DNA from: a virus | Lineage: Duplodnaviria > Caudoviricetes | Length of the DNA stretch: 64,000 bases | Direction: 5' to 3' (one strand) | IMG/VR virus record: IMGVR_UViG_3300035180_001680 | Part shown: positions 21,866-31,931 of the stretch, one piece after another | Position numbering within the stretch: the stretch's first letter is position 1 | How the letters are laid out: each line of letters opens with the position of its first letter | Notes under the pieces: generated by a model | Databases searched by the model: none | What the model saw: only the letters and a program-made list of their open reading frames with translations | What the model was told of the DNA's origin: nothing | Program-made: the position numbers and the translations under genes

Positions 21866-22321
21866 TTATCTTGTTCGACCTCGAGCAGGTGCTTTAGCAG
21901 TTTCAACAGCGGCTTGTAATTGACTTGAATCTGTCATTGGTGCCATTGGTTCTGATTGGTTGTTTGCAAACGTGGTTTGGTTTGAATATGGGCCTTGTGC
22001 TTGAACAGGTGTTCCGTATTGTCCACTTCCAAATGGTAGAACTTGTCCTGATGGAGTTCTAACTTTAACAAGTTGGTTAAAATACGTCAAAGCATTAACG
22101 CCGTTACCAAGTGTGATTTGAGACATCAAATCCCAGAGTTCGTAAAGTTCAGCATTACGGTTACGAAGAATCTTCAATAACCGTTGTTTATCAACCATAT
22201 CAAGTGGTTTAATTGGGAAAAACCAAACATGACCATCATTCGAACGTTTCATGATTGCACATTCAGTTAAAATTCCACCTTCCAATTCCAGCCATTCAAT
22301 GTTTCTATATTTTCCTTGCAT
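21866..22321 (-). CDS. Conserved hypothetical jumbo-phage protein (151 aa)
   Basis: RBS AAGGAG before the ATG at 22321. LDMVDKQRL...YELWDLM...GNGVNAL.YF.QLVKV motif. Confidence 0.55.
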   Translation of the reverse strand: MQGKYRNIEWLELEGGILTECAIMKRSNDGHVWFFPIKPLDMVDKQRLLKILRNRNAELYELWDLMSQITLGNGVNALTYFNQLVKVRTPSGQVLPFGSGQYGTPVQAQGPYSNQTTFANNQSEPMAPMTDSSQLQAAVETAKAPARGRTR

Positions 22322-22395
22322 TTGTTTCTCCTTAAATGTGTTATGCATATGCATGACAAATATTTACACTAAGAAAAAAAGAAGGAACCAATCGT

Positions 22396-23898
22396 TTATG
22401 GTTTCCAAGTCCACACATCATTGCCACAATCCCATATACGATCATAACCACTATTGATCATATTATTCCATTCAGTTTTAAGTGGATCGAATAAATCCAA
22501 TTTTTCACTCAATTTGTGTTTCTGAAATACGTTCCTTGAGTATAGTTGATATGGATTGTTTCTGTGAAAATACCAATAATTGGGTGAACTTGTGTGGGAT
22601 AATGTAAACCCCAAATTTAAATATACTCCTCCTGTGTTATATCGTTTATCGCTATAGGATATTACAGACGTGGGAGATTTTTCTAAAATGAAGTGTTTAA
22701 ATAATTTAGATGCACCCCCCACAACAGTGGTGTTAAGTTTTGAAGCAAATCGGATTAATTCGTACTCTTCTTTTCCATATCGCGGTTTTCCAAAAGTCAT
22801 AACACTTACTAATTTATTTTCAAACGTAAGACCTATGTTATAAGAACTACCAACATCACCTTGAATATGATACGCATTCATAAAATTTCTTCTTTCTGAA
22901 AAATTAACATTTACGATATTACATTTTCGGGCGTATATTTTTTCAGTATTTTTATTTAATAATGATAAAATTCTCGATTTTACAATATCTTTTTTATTAA
23001 TCCACTCAACGTCTATAATGTGAATTAATCTAATACCATGTAAATTTAACATATTTGTTTTGGATATATGATATGTTCTGTTTTTTCCATTCAATTCACT
23101 ATGCCAGTATACTCCATCAATTTCTATAGCAATTGAGTATTCTGGAAGATAAACATCTACTTCTGGTCCAAACTTTTTTACTCTCGTTTGTACTTCGATT
23201 CCAAGTGAAGCAATAAAATCGCAAACTTCACGTTCTGGTTGAGATTGGAAATGTTGTTGAACGGCGATATCAAACAAATTGAATCGTTTTTGGATTAATG
23301 ACGGACTTACGTTAAGTTCTGTTGCAATCTGAATTAAGGATTTATTTTTATTCTCTTCAGTTAACCAACCTGGGTCATCAATTTTGTGTAAAATGTCTTT
23401 AATTTTAAATGTGTTTGGATAAAGACCATCTCGTAATAAATTATTTTTTTCTATTTGATCATTCTTGTGTTTATCTGATCCCAAGTAGCTTGATGTTCCG
23501 TATCTTTCAACCATTGTAGATTGAATCTGGTGCTGAATAGATGGAACTTTTGCTGGGATTTTTTCCCCATATTTATCTTCCATTTTTTGGTAATATTTTT
23601 CTCTTATTTCAGGAACTTTTTGAACACACGAGCGACAATATGTTGCATAGTGTTTTTTGCCTTGACTAAATTGAATTAAGTTAGAACAATACCCACACGT
23701 TGGAGATTCACTTATATTATGTAATATGCAATAAAGTCGTTCATATGTTGAAACGTGTTCAGGTAAAAATTTTGTTAATTCTCTGATTCGGTTAAATAAA
23801 AATTCATGTTTGTTTATAATTTTATTATACGACGGAGATATAGTTAATTTACCATTCCGTTGTATAAAAAGGTTATATTCCATTAATTGTGATTTCAC
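22396..23898 (-). CDS. Second Hef/Vsr-like putative homing endonuclease (about 500 aa)
   Basis: CGYC...C-x2-C, EVDVYLPEYSIAIEIDGVYWHS, GGASKLF...SYSDKRY and RIWDCG. Same architecture as 19201-20721. Confidence 0.65.
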   Translation of the reverse strand: MKSQLMEYNLFIQRNGKLTISPSYNKIINKHEFLFNRIRELTKFLPEHVSTYERLYCILHNISESPTCGYCSNLIQFSQGKKHYATYCRSCVQKVPEIREKYYQKMEDKYGEKIPAKVPSIQHQIQSTMVERYGTSSYLGSDKHKNDQIEKNNLLRDGLYPNTFKIKDILHKIDDPGWLTEENKNKSLIQIATELNVSPSLIQKRFNLFDIAVQQHFQSQPEREVCDFIASLGIEVQTRVKKFGPEVDVYLPEYSIAIEIDGVYWHSELNGKNRTYHISKTNMLNLHGIRLIHIIDVEWINKKDIVKSRILSLLNKNTEKIYARKCNIVNVNFSERRNFMNAYHIQGDVGSSYNIGLTFENKLVSVMTFGKPRYGKEEYELIRFASKLNTTVVGGASKLFKHFILEKSPTSVISYSDKRYNTGGVYLNLGFTLSHTSSPNYWYFHRNNPYQLYSRNVFQKHKLSEKLDLFDPLKTEWNNMINSGYDRIWDCGNDVWTWKP

Positions 23899-23973
23899 TA
23901 TATTTCATTCAACCGTTTTGTATATTATATACGAAAACCAACAAAAAGTGTATAGAAATTTACGTATAGAAAT

Positions 23974-24783
23974 TTACGTGATTGTGATTCTATTCAGCGC
24001 AGCAATCGCAGTTGGACTTATTTGGTCTTTGTTGATTGTTTGATTGTGTATATCCTGAACACAAGGATTTGTGGTATTCAAAGAACTTAAAAAATGAAAA
24101 TTTAAAAGATCTTTCATTGCCTTTCCGAGTTCTGCTGTTTCTTTTTGAACTAATGTTGTGAAGTCTCCAATTGCTTTTTTTACAGCTGTTACTATATCAC
24201 TAACAGCACTACCTATTTTTGTTGTAAAATCTGACAAACCTTGAAGAAATGATTTGACAACAGGGTTTCCGACAACATCTTTAGCTAAATCTTTTATTGA
24301 GTTATAAATCTTTCCTGTAAATGCAGAAATATCATCAAATACACTCTGGAATGCTGATTTTATACTTGTTAAAGCATCTCCGATAACTGAAGAAATCTTT
24401 TTTATGGTTCCAAAAATATCATCAAACAAACTTGGGCAACCAGAAGAGTTTGTTGTTGGTCCTGGTTGGGTGGGTTCAGCTTGGCTTATTATATTTCTAA
24501 CAGCAGATACTGATTGTGTCAATGCAAGCTCTTGGGGCATTTTATCTATCTTCCCGGGAGAACCATTTGAACCAAGGAAATGATTTGATACGATAGTATC
24601 AAAATTATCAAAAGCACTAACGGTTGGGTGTGGTAAACCCAAATAATCATGAATATCAAGTAGAGAAGTTTTTTCATCCAATAACACATTTCGTCCTTCT
24701 GCTGAAGGATCTTTATATAAACTTCCAATTGTTCCCACTGGTTGTTGACCAGCAGCTAATAAACCTGTAACTGTATCAATCAT
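23974..24783 (-). CDS. Hypothetical protein, probably baseplate-associated, with amphipathic helical C-half (269 aa)
   Basis: GGAG RBS before the ATG at 24783. Directly downstream of the PAAR gene. Confidence 0.45.
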   Translation of the reverse strand: MIDTVTGLLAAGQQPVGTIGSLYKDPSAEGRNVLLDEKTSLLDIHDYLGLPHPTVSAFDNFDTIVSNHFLGSNGSPGKIDKMPQELALTQSVSAVRNIISQAEPTQPGPTTNSSGCPSLFDDIFGTIKKISSVIGDALTSIKSAFQSVFDDISAFTGKIYNSIKDLAKDVVGNPVVKSFLQGLSDFTTKIGSAVSDIVTAVKKAIGDFTTLVQKETAELGKAMKDLLNFHFLSSLNTTNPCVQDIHNQTINKDQISPTAIAALNRITIT

Positions 24784-24793
24784 TTTATCTCCA

Positions 24794-25093
24794 TTATAAA
24801 TTATCAAACACGTCTGGGGAACCTGTTACAACTGAATATGGTCCACAGTTAGAACCTGTGTCTCCAATTCTATGTGCTGGCTGATTTTCAAGAAATACAT
24901 CTGGAGAACCTGTAAAAGCAGTAGTCATGTGTCCACAACTGGAAATCCCTAGTGTTCCAACAATACAAGAAATTTGACCATTTGCAAATGTTGAATTGGC
25001 TCCAGTTACGAACGTAGTAACATATGTAACTGGAGAATCATGACAAGGACACACTCCAATTCCTATGTCTCCTACTCTTGTTTGTGCTGGCAT
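24794..25093 (-). CDS. PAAR-like spike tip protein (T4 gp5.4-like, 99 aa)
   Basis: MPAQTRVGD...C..H...GANSTFANG...CGH...GSPDVF...PAHRIGD...GSPDVF. CATAAATA on the minus strand at 25126-25133. Confidence 0.85.
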   Translation of the reverse strand: MPAQTRVGDIGIGVCPCHDSPVTYVTTFVTGANSTFANGQISCIVGTLGISSCGHMTTAFTGSPDVFLENQPAHRIGDTGSNCGPYSVVTGSPDVFDNL

Positions 25094-25142
25094 TTTTTAC
25101 CTTTTTAATAAATACGTATATACAATATTTATGAGAGATAAT

Positions 25143-25592
25143 ATGGTAACGACATTTATATCCACACTGGGTGAAATTGCAACTGTGATTGGTAATTTTT
25201 TTACTTTTATAGCTACAAGTCTTCCTTTTTCTACAGCATCGTGGTTCGTAATTTCAATCATGGGTTTCTTTGTTTGGTTATTTGTTAAAGCAGACAAAAA
25301 TCCAAATAGTCCCATTCGGTGGGAACAATTAATAGTAGACAGCGCCACAAGCAAAACATCTCCATATAAGATGGGATACTTAATTGGTGTAATCATATCA
25401 ACGTGGGTAATTATAACATTTGCAGATAAAGGACATCTAGAAGTTGATGTATTGGGTGTTTACTTGACATATCTCGTCGGTGGTGCAGGTTTTAATGAGT
25501 GGTTGAAACACGGAAAAATTCCAAACCGAGACGATGATTCATCTGATTCGGGTGGAACTAAAGCTCCACCACCCCCAAAAGATGGGACTTAA
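25143..25592 (+). CDS. Small multi-pass membrane protein, holin candidate (149 aa)
   Basis: About three hydrophobic segments and a charged, Pro-rich C-tail. AATAAATA at 25107-25114. The start could also be 25131. Confidence 0.45.
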   Translation: MVTTFISTLGEIATVIGNFFTFIATSLPFSTASWFVISIMGFFVWLFVKADKNPNSPIRWEQLIVDSATSKTSPYKMGYLIGVIISTWVIITFADKGHLEVDVLGVYLTYLVGGAGFNEWLKHGKIPNRDDDSSDSGGTKAPPPPKDGT

Positions 25593-26509
25593 CCCATTAA
25601 TAGTGGAACAAATAAGTCCAGCTGACTTACAACTTTTTTGAGTTGATATTTTCCAAGGAATTTAATGAAATGGAAATGAGAATATTTGCCTGGATTGTTA
25701 ATTTCATGTTCAATAACTTCAAAAATTTTCCTACGAATACAAGCTGGTTGGTTTGTTAAACTCATCAATAATTGATTTTCTTCAAACAAATCCCCAACTA
25801 CCATCGTTCTGTTATTTTGATCTGTCCATGTTTCTTTCATCATATTTAAACGTTTATATGGGTCTGTGTATGTTTCTTTGATTCGTGTTTTGCGAATCCT
25901 TGGATATGCAGACTGAACATTATCACCAATATCTCCACGAAGACACTTGGTATACATAAAGTAATCAACATCATTATCCCATTCTTCAAGAGTTCTATTT
26001 TTTCCAGTTGCTGGATCAATTAATTGAACGTTAGGATACTTCAGTAACTGAATCATGTCTTTATCTGCTGATAGAATGATAACTGTATCTTGGTCAGAAT
26101 ATATTTCCGCAACACCTGCGATTAAATCATCTGCTTCCAACATATCACCTGCTAAACACACAATTCCGGTATGTTCTCTCATTAATGTTTCAAAATCACT
26201 AATAAACGTTAAGAAAATTTCATAACGTTTTCTTTCACTTGGAGTCATATTTTGACGACGTTGACCCTTATATAATTTTTGGGAATAACAATCCTCAGAC
26301 TTTGTGTAGTATTTTCTCCAATTATCACGATCAAAAACAAAAATGGTTTTTGTTGGCTTATATAATTTATGATATTTGTTGAGTGTAGTCAATGATGAAT
26401 GATATGCAAGTGCTGCAAGTGTTTCACTATCTTCGCGGGCGTTTACATAAAAAGTTTTATGTAGTATATTTGACATATCAACGCAGAGGAAAGTTTCTGA
26501 ATTATTCAT
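25589..26509 (-). CDS. rnh: T4 RNase H-like 5'-3' exonuclease (FEN1/PIN fold, 306 aa)
   Basis: LCVDMSN, IFVFD, LEADDLIA, ILSADKDMIQL and LRGDIGDNV acidic motifs. Confidence 0.85.
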   Translation of the reverse strand: MNNSETFLCVDMSNILHKTFYVNAREDSETLAALAYHSSLTTLNKYHKLYKPTKTIFVFDRDNWRKYYTKSEDCYSQKLYKGQRRQNMTPSERKRYEIFLTFISDFETLMREHTGIVCLAGDMLEADDLIAGVAEIYSDQDTVIILSADKDMIQLLKYPNVQLIDPATGKNRTLEEWDNDVDYFMYTKCLRGDIGDNVQSAYPRIRKTRIKETYTDPYKRLNMMKETWTDQNNRTMVVGDLFEENQLLMSLTNQPACIRRKIFEVIEHEINNPGKYSHFHFIKFLGKYQLKKVVSQLDLFVPLLMG

Positions 26510-26771
26510 ATTTTGAAGTTTGTGTATCGTTCATATTTTCCATTACATGCTTATACATATGTGCAACCCATTTTTGAACAATGGTTTCATCATCCACACC
26601 TGAATATCCATTGTTTTTTAAATAAGTAACAAAAGCATCATTCCAATCCAATTCTATTTTAATCCCTTTTGCATCAACGTGATCACCAACAACCTGAACC
26701 CAAGGTTCGTTGCTGTCTTTTTTATTATCTTCGTTGGATTGATTATTCTTCTTTTTGAATAGGCCAAACAT
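26502..26771 (-). CDS. Conserved hypothetical protein (89 aa)
   Basis: EPWVQV...IELDWNDAFV..L..NGY.G.DDE.IV.KW pattern. Overlaps both neighbours. Confidence 0.55.
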   Translation of the reverse strand: MFGLFKKKNNQSNEDNKKDSNEPWVQVVGDHVDAKGIKIELDWNDAFVTYLKNNGYSGVDDETIVQKWVAHMYKHVMENMNDTQTSKYE

Positions 26772-27099
26772 GGATTGAATCCTCTTTAAAAATTAATTCG
26801 TTTACAACATCAATTTGTTTTTGAAAACTAATTTGATAATTTCTGTCACTTTGTGTGATAATCACATCATATTTAGGAATGGTTTGTCCAGGGTAAACAA
26901 TATCAAACAGGGGTGATGCAATAAGATATTTTATGTTATCGATTCCAAGGATTGAGTTCTCAACACCAATAACTATACCATAACTTAATACTCTTTGAAT
27001 TAGTTCCGGATTATTCCTCACATTATGCCATGCAACCATGACTATACCTATACGATCTTCTGTTACAAAATTAGATGGCTGGGAAGACATATACATCAA
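26743..27099 (-). CDS. Hypothetical protein (118 aa)
   Basis: ORF overlapping both neighbours in the same operon. Confidence 0.45.
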   Translation of the reverse strand: MMYMSSQPSNFVTEDRIGIVMVAWHNVRNNPELIQRVLSYGIVIGVENSILGIDNIKYLIASPLFDIVYPGQTIPKYDVIITQSDRNYQISFQKQIDVVNELIFKEDSIHVWPIQKEE

Positions 27100-27781
27100 C
27101 TCCTAAAATACGAACTTTCATTATACCACTCAAATTTAATTCGACAGTCTGTTCGGGGTCTTGTTTAAACAATGCAATAAGTGTTTTAACAGGATAACGA
27201 TGAACAAACATTACATCTTCGCGTTCTTCTATCGAAATAGCTTGGGCTGAAAAATCATGCGAAAATACATCATTGTTGGTGTCAACTAATTCAAAGCGCA
27301 TTCCGTCTGCGTTACTAATAAGCGTTAAGTGTTCAACACCCATCGCACTTTGTGCTTTAACTAGTGTTTCCACGGCATCTTGATTTATCGAAAACTGATA
27401 AATCATAGGATTTTTAACATTTTTTGGAGATTTGAATATTGTTGCGTTTGCACAACGATAATCAACTTTAAGATTTTTAGCTTTGAATGTTAATTGTGTA
27501 ACCTGATTTGTCCCATCTTTTGTAGAAATTTCACCTTCTATGGAGACATCTGGACGACCATCGACTAAAGCGTATCGTGATGAAAACAAATCAAGTCGCC
27601 CAAGACCCATTCCATCAAATGGAAATTCAGGAACATCGTCTTTATGTAGAATAAACACTGTTTTGTTTTCATCTAAACCACGAACAAGGTCTTTCTCAAA
27701 AACTGCTGAATCAATTCCTGCTATTTTTGCTACTTTGATTACATTCCGAATATAATCTATTATTGATTTGTTAATCTTCAT
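27071..27781 (-). CDS. DNA polymerase sliding clamp (gp45-like, about 236 aa)
   Basis: Size, two-domain beta pattern and replication context. YRCANA...PK motif. Start chosen at MKINK (27781). Confidence 0.6.
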   Translation of the reverse strand: MKINKSIIDYIRNVIKVAKIAGIDSAVFEKDLVRGLDENKTVFILHKDDVPEFPFDGMGLGRLDLFSSRYALVDGRPDVSIEGEISTKDGTNQVTQLTFKAKNLKVDYRCANATIFKSPKNVKNPMIYQFSINQDAVETLVKAQSAMGVEHLTLISNADGMRFELVDTNNDVFSHDFSAQAISIEEREDVMFVHRYPVKTLIALFKQDPEQTVELNLSGIMKVRILGVDVYVFPAI

Positions 27782-28085
27782 ATTGCACATCCAGTATGTG
27801 TTGTTCGCTTTGAGTGTATACATATTGATCTAAATTCATAATAAATCTCATAGCCATTGCTGCTGTTTGAATTGCCTCACTTCGAATTTCTTCCAGGCTC
27901 GTTTTGTGGGGTTCATGTGAATACTGAAGAACAGCTTTATTCAATTCTCCGTATTCTTCACCTAAAACAGCAAGAGCATGAAGTGGGTCTGTAGGCCAAT
28001 TTGGAAATTTCGCTTTTGCTTTTTTGAGTTCAAGAACAATGTTATAAATCGCGTCTGATAGTGAATAGTCTGGTACCAATGACAT
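27771..28085 (-). CDS. MazG-like nucleotide pyrophosphohydrolase (104 aa)
   Basis: LGEEYGEL...EEIRSEAIQ..A matches the EExGE...E/D helical pattern. Confidence 0.65.
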   Translation of the reverse strand: MSLVPDYSLSDAIYNIVLELKKAKAKFPNWPTDPLHALAVLGEEYGELNKAVLQYSHEPHKTSLEEIRSEAIQTAAMAMRFIMNLDQYVYTQSEQHILDVQYED

Positions 28086-28225
28086 AGTGCGTCCTTTGTT
28101 ATAATTATTATTGTTTATTATTCTAATAATTATACACCGAGAAGATAAAGAAAAACAACATTTTAATGTTCAATTGACTACTTTCTTATTGTTGCTACAC
28201 CAGAAACATTTTCCAGTGTGCAGTT

Positions 28226-28768
28226 TCATTTCGAAAGTCCTTTAATAAATTCGTTGTATGGTTTAGCCCGTTCTGTATCTTTTGCAATAGCAGGTTCTGC
28301 TTCAGGCCATCTTCCCTTGATGATATAACGAGCATACCAATAAGCCCACCGTGGATCTTTTGTAATAACATGTTCTGCTTTAGGAAATCTTCCTTTGATG
28401 ACATCACGAGCATACCAATAAGCCCAACGTGGATCTTTTGCAATAGCAGGTTCTCCTTCAGGCCATCTTCCTTCAATGACATCACGAGCATACAAAAAAG
28501 CCCATTCTGGATCTTTTGCAATAGCAGGTTCTCCTTCAGGCCACTTTCCCTTGATGACATCACGATCATAACTATAAGCCCACTGTGGATCTGTTGCAAC
28601 AACAGATTCTGCTTCTTTTTTCTGTTGTGCGTTTAATTTTCCACTTTTTAGTGCCTCATATGCCATCTGTGGAGTAGCCATGTGCTTTTTATCAAACCCA
28701 TGCAATTTTTCTGGGTTTGAATGATATTTGTATAAATCCATTGCTTCAAACAAGTCGCGTAATTTCAT
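28226..28768 (-). CDS. Array unit 27 (180 aa, 4 repeats, last)
   Basis: Head, repeats and cap. Confidence 0.9.
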   Translation of the reverse strand: MKLRDLFEAMDLYKYHSNPEKLHGFDKKHMATPQMAYEALKSGKLNAQQKKEAESVVATDPQWAYSYDRDVIKGKWPEGEPAIAKDPEWAFLYARDVIEGRWPEGEPAIAKDPRWAYWYARDVIKGRFPKAEHVITKDPRWAYWYARYIIKGRWPEAEPAIAKDTERAKPYNEFIKGLSK

Positions 28769-29385
28769 TTCGAAAGTCCTTTGATGAATTCGTTGTAATT
28801 TTTAGCCCACTTTGGATCTTTTGCAATAGCAGGTTCTCCTTCAGGCCATCTTTCTTTGATGACATCACGAGCATACCCATAAGCCCACTTTGGATCTTTT
28901 GCAATGACAGATTCTGCTTCAGGCCATCTTCCTTTGATGACATCACGAGCATACCCATAAGCCAACTCTGGATCTTTTGCAATAGCAGGTTCTCCTTTAG
29001 GAAACCTTCCTTTGATGACCTCACGAGCATACCAATAAGCCAAACGTGGATCTTTTGCAACAGTAGGTTCTGCTTCAGGAAATCTTTCCTTGATGACATC
29101 ACGAGCATAAATATAAGCCAAACGTGGATCTTTTGCAATGACAGATTCTCCTTTAGGCCATCTTCCCTTGATGACATCATGAGCATACTCATAAGCCCAC
29201 TTTGTGTCTGTTGCAACAACAGATTCTGCTTCTTTCTTTTGTTGTGCATTCAGTTTTCCACTCTCCAGTGCCTCATATGCCATCTCAGGCGTAGCCATGT
29301 GCTTTTTATCAAACCCATGCAATTTTTCTGGGTTTGAATGATATTTGTATAAATCCATTGCTTCGAGTAAGTCACGTAGTTTCAT
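28765..29385 (-). CDS. Array unit 26 (206 aa, 5 repeats)
   Basis: Leader MKLRDLLEA. Confidence 0.9.
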   Translation of the reverse strand: MKLRDLLEAMDLYKYHSNPEKLHGFDKKHMATPEMAYEALESGKLNAQQKKEAESVVATDTKWAYEYAHDVIKGRWPKGESVIAKDPRLAYIYARDVIKERFPEAEPTVAKDPRLAYWYAREVIKGRFPKGEPAIAKDPELAYGYARDVIKGRWPEAESVIAKDPKWAYGYARDVIKERWPEGEPAIAKDPKWAKNYNEFIKGLSK

Positions 29386-30080
29386 TTCGAAAGTCCTTTG
29401 ATGTCTTGTTTATACCGTTTAGCATATGTTGGATCTTTTGCAATAGCAGGTTCTTATTCAGGCCATCTTCCTTTGATGACAGAACGAGCATAATTATAAG
29501 TCCAACGTGGGTCTTTTGCAATAGCAGGTTCTGCTTCAGGCCATCTTCCTTTGACGGCATCACGAGCATACAAAAAAGCCCATTCTGGATCTTTTGCAAT
29601 AGCAGGTTCTCCTTTAGGAAATCTTTCTTTGATAACATTACTAGCATACCAATAAGCCCACCGTGGATCTTTTGCAATAGCAGGTTCTCCTTCAAACCAT
29701 CTTCCTTTGATGACATCACGAGCATACAAAAAAGCCCATTCTGGGTCTTTTGCAATAGCAGGTTCTGCTTCAGACCATCTTCCTTTGATGACATCACGAG
29801 CATACAAAAAAGCCCATTCTGGGTCTTTTGCAATAGCAGGTTCTGCTTCAGACCATCTTCCTTTGATGACATTACGAGCATAACTATAAGCCCACTGTGG
29901 ATCTGTTGCAACAACAGACTCTGCTTCTTTTTTCTGTTGTGTGTTTAATTTTCCACCTTTTAATGCAAAAAAAGCCATCTCAGGAGTAGCCATGTGTTTT
30001 TTATCAAACCCATGCAATTTTTCTGGATTCGAGTGATATTTGTATAAATCCATTGCTTCAAACAAGTCGCGTAATTTCAT
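29382..30080 (-). pseudogene. Array unit 25, premature stop (208 of 232 aa, C-cap lost)
   Basis: In-frame TAA at 29454-29456 (GAA TAA GAA where siblings have GAA GCA/GGA GAA). The cap downstream is intact and in frame. Confidence 0.8.
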
Positions 30081-30775
30081 TTCGAAAGTCCTTTGATGTC
30101 TTGTTTATACCGTTTAGCATATGTCGGATCTTTTGCAATAACAGGTTCTGCTTCAGGAAATCTTCCTTTGATGACATTACGAGCATAATACGAAGCCCAC
30201 TGTGGATCTTTTGCAATAACAGATTCTGCTTCAGGAAATCTTCCTTTGATGACATTACGAGCATACCAATAAGCATACTGTGGATCTTTTGCAATAGCAG
30301 GTTCTCCTTCAGGCCATCTTCCTTTGATGGCACCACGAGCATACTCATAAGCCCATTCTGGATGTTTTGCAATAGCAGGTTCTCCTTCAGGCCATCTTCC
30401 TTTAATGACATCATGAGTATACCAATAAGCATACTCTGGATGTTTTGCAATAGCAGGTTCTCCTTCAGGCCATCTTCCTTTAGTGACATCATGAGTATAC
30501 CAATAAGCATACTTTGGATCTTTTGCAATAGCAGGTTCTCCTTCAGGCCATCTTCCTTTGATGGCATCACGAGCGTACTCATAAGCCCACCGTGGATCTG
30601 TTGCAACAACAGACTCTGCTTCTTTTTTCTGTTGTGCGTTTAATTTTCCACCTTTTAATGATTCAAAAGCCATCTCAGGCGTAGCCATGTGCTTTTTATC
30701 ATATCCATGCAATTTCTCTGGATTTGAGTGGTATTTGTATAAGTCCATTGCTTCGAATAAGTCACGTAATTTCAT
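30077..30775 (-). CDS. Array unit 24 (232 aa, 6 repeats)
   Basis: Cap allele DPTYAKRYKQDIKGLSK. Confidence 0.9.
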   Translation of the reverse strand: MKLRDLFEAMDLYKYHSNPEKLHGYDKKHMATPEMAFESLKGGKLNAQQKKEAESVVATDPRWAYEYARDAIKGRWPEGEPAIAKDPKYAYWYTHDVTKGRWPEGEPAIAKHPEYAYWYTHDVIKGRWPEGEPAIAKHPEWAYEYARGAIKGRWPEGEPAIAKDPQYAYWYARNVIKGRFPEAESVIAKDPQWASYYARNVIKGRFPEAEPVIAKDPTYAKRYKQDIKGLSK

Positions 30776-31314
30776 TTTGAAAGTCCTTTAATAAATTCGT
30801 TGTATGGTTTAGCCCACTCTGGATGTTTTGCAATAACAGGTTCTGCTTCAGGAAATCTTTCTTTGATGACATCACGAGCATACCCATAAGCCCACTCTGG
30901 ATCTTTTGCAATAACAGATTCTGCTTCAGGAAATCTTCCTTTGATGACATTACGAGCATACTCATAAGCCCAATCTGCTTTTTTTGCAATAGCAGGTTCT
31001 CCTTCAGGCCATCTTCCTTTGATGACATAACGAGCATACAAACAAGCCCAACGTGTATCTTTTGCAATGACAGATTCTCCTTTAGGAAATCTTTCTTTGA
31101 TGACATTACGAGCATACAAACAAGCCCATCTTGGATCTGTTGCAACAACAGACTCTGCTTCTTTTTTCTGTTGTGCGTTTAATTTTTCACCTTTTAATGC
31201 TTCAAAAGCCATCTCAGGCGTAGCCATGTGCTTTTTATCATATCCATGTAACTTCTCTGGATTTGAATGATATTTATATAAATCCATTGCTTCGAACAGA
31301 TCACGTAATTTCAT
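30772..31314 (-). CDS. Array unit 23 (180 aa, 4 repeats)
   Basis: Head, repeats and cap. Confidence 0.9.
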   Translation of the reverse strand: MKLRDLFEAMDLYKYHSNPEKLHGYDKKHMATPEMAFEALKGEKLNAQQKKEAESVVATDPRWACLYARNVIKERFPKGESVIAKDTRWACLYARYVIKGRWPEGEPAIAKKADWAYEYARNVIKGRFPEAESVIAKDPEWAYGYARDVIKERFPEAEPVIAKHPEWAKPYNEFIKGLSK

Positions 31315-31931
31315 TTCGAAAGTCCTTTAACAAATTCTTTGTATTTTTTAGCCCATTCTGGATCTTTTGCAATAACAGGTTCTGCTTCAGGAAATCTTCT
31401 TTTAATGACATCACGAGCATACCCATAAGCCCACTGTGGATCTTTTGCAATAGCAGGTTCTCCTTTAGGAAATCTTCTTTCGATGACTTGTTGAGCATAC
31501 ACATAAGCCCAATCTGCTTTTTTTGCAATAGCAGGTTCTCCTTTAGGAAATCTTTCCTTGATGACATTACGAGCATACAAACAAGCCCACTTTGGATCTT
31601 TTGCAATAGCAGGTTCTCCTTCAGGCCATCTTCCTTTAGTGACATCATGAGTATACCAATAAGCATACTCTGGATCTTTTGCAATAGCAGGTTCTGCTTC
31701 AGGAAATCTTCCTTTGATGATATCATCAGCATAATTATAAGCCCAACGTGGATCTTTTGCAATAACAGACTCTGCTTCTTTTTTCTGTTGTGCGTTTAAT
31801 TTTCCACTCTTTAGTGCTTCAAAAGCCATCTCAGGAGTAGCCATGTGTTTTTTATCATATCCATGTAACTTCTCTGGATTTGAGTGGTATTTGTATAAAT
31901 CCATTGCTTCGAATAAGTCACGTAATTTCAT
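31311..31931 (-). CDS. Array unit 22 (206 aa, 5 repeats)
   Basis: Head, repeats and cap. Confidence 0.9.
   Translation of the reverse strand: MKLRDLFEAMDLYKYHSNPEKLHGYDKKHMATPEMAFEALKSGKLNAQQKKEAESVIAKDPRWAYNYADDIIKGRFPEAEPAIAKDPEYAYWYTHDVTKGRWPEGEPAIAKDPKWACLYARNVIKERFPKGEPAIAKKADWAYVYAQQVIERRFPKGEPAIAKDPQWAYGYARDVIKRRFPEAEPVIAKDPEWAKKYKEFVKGLSK

Noticed and set aside
23950-23977. 14-bp tandem duplication GTATAGAAATTTAC next to the second endonuclease gene, as a possible target-site duplication
   Set aside because: Both copies are on the same side and I found no match at the other end of the gene. It is probably a local slippage at a stop codon.
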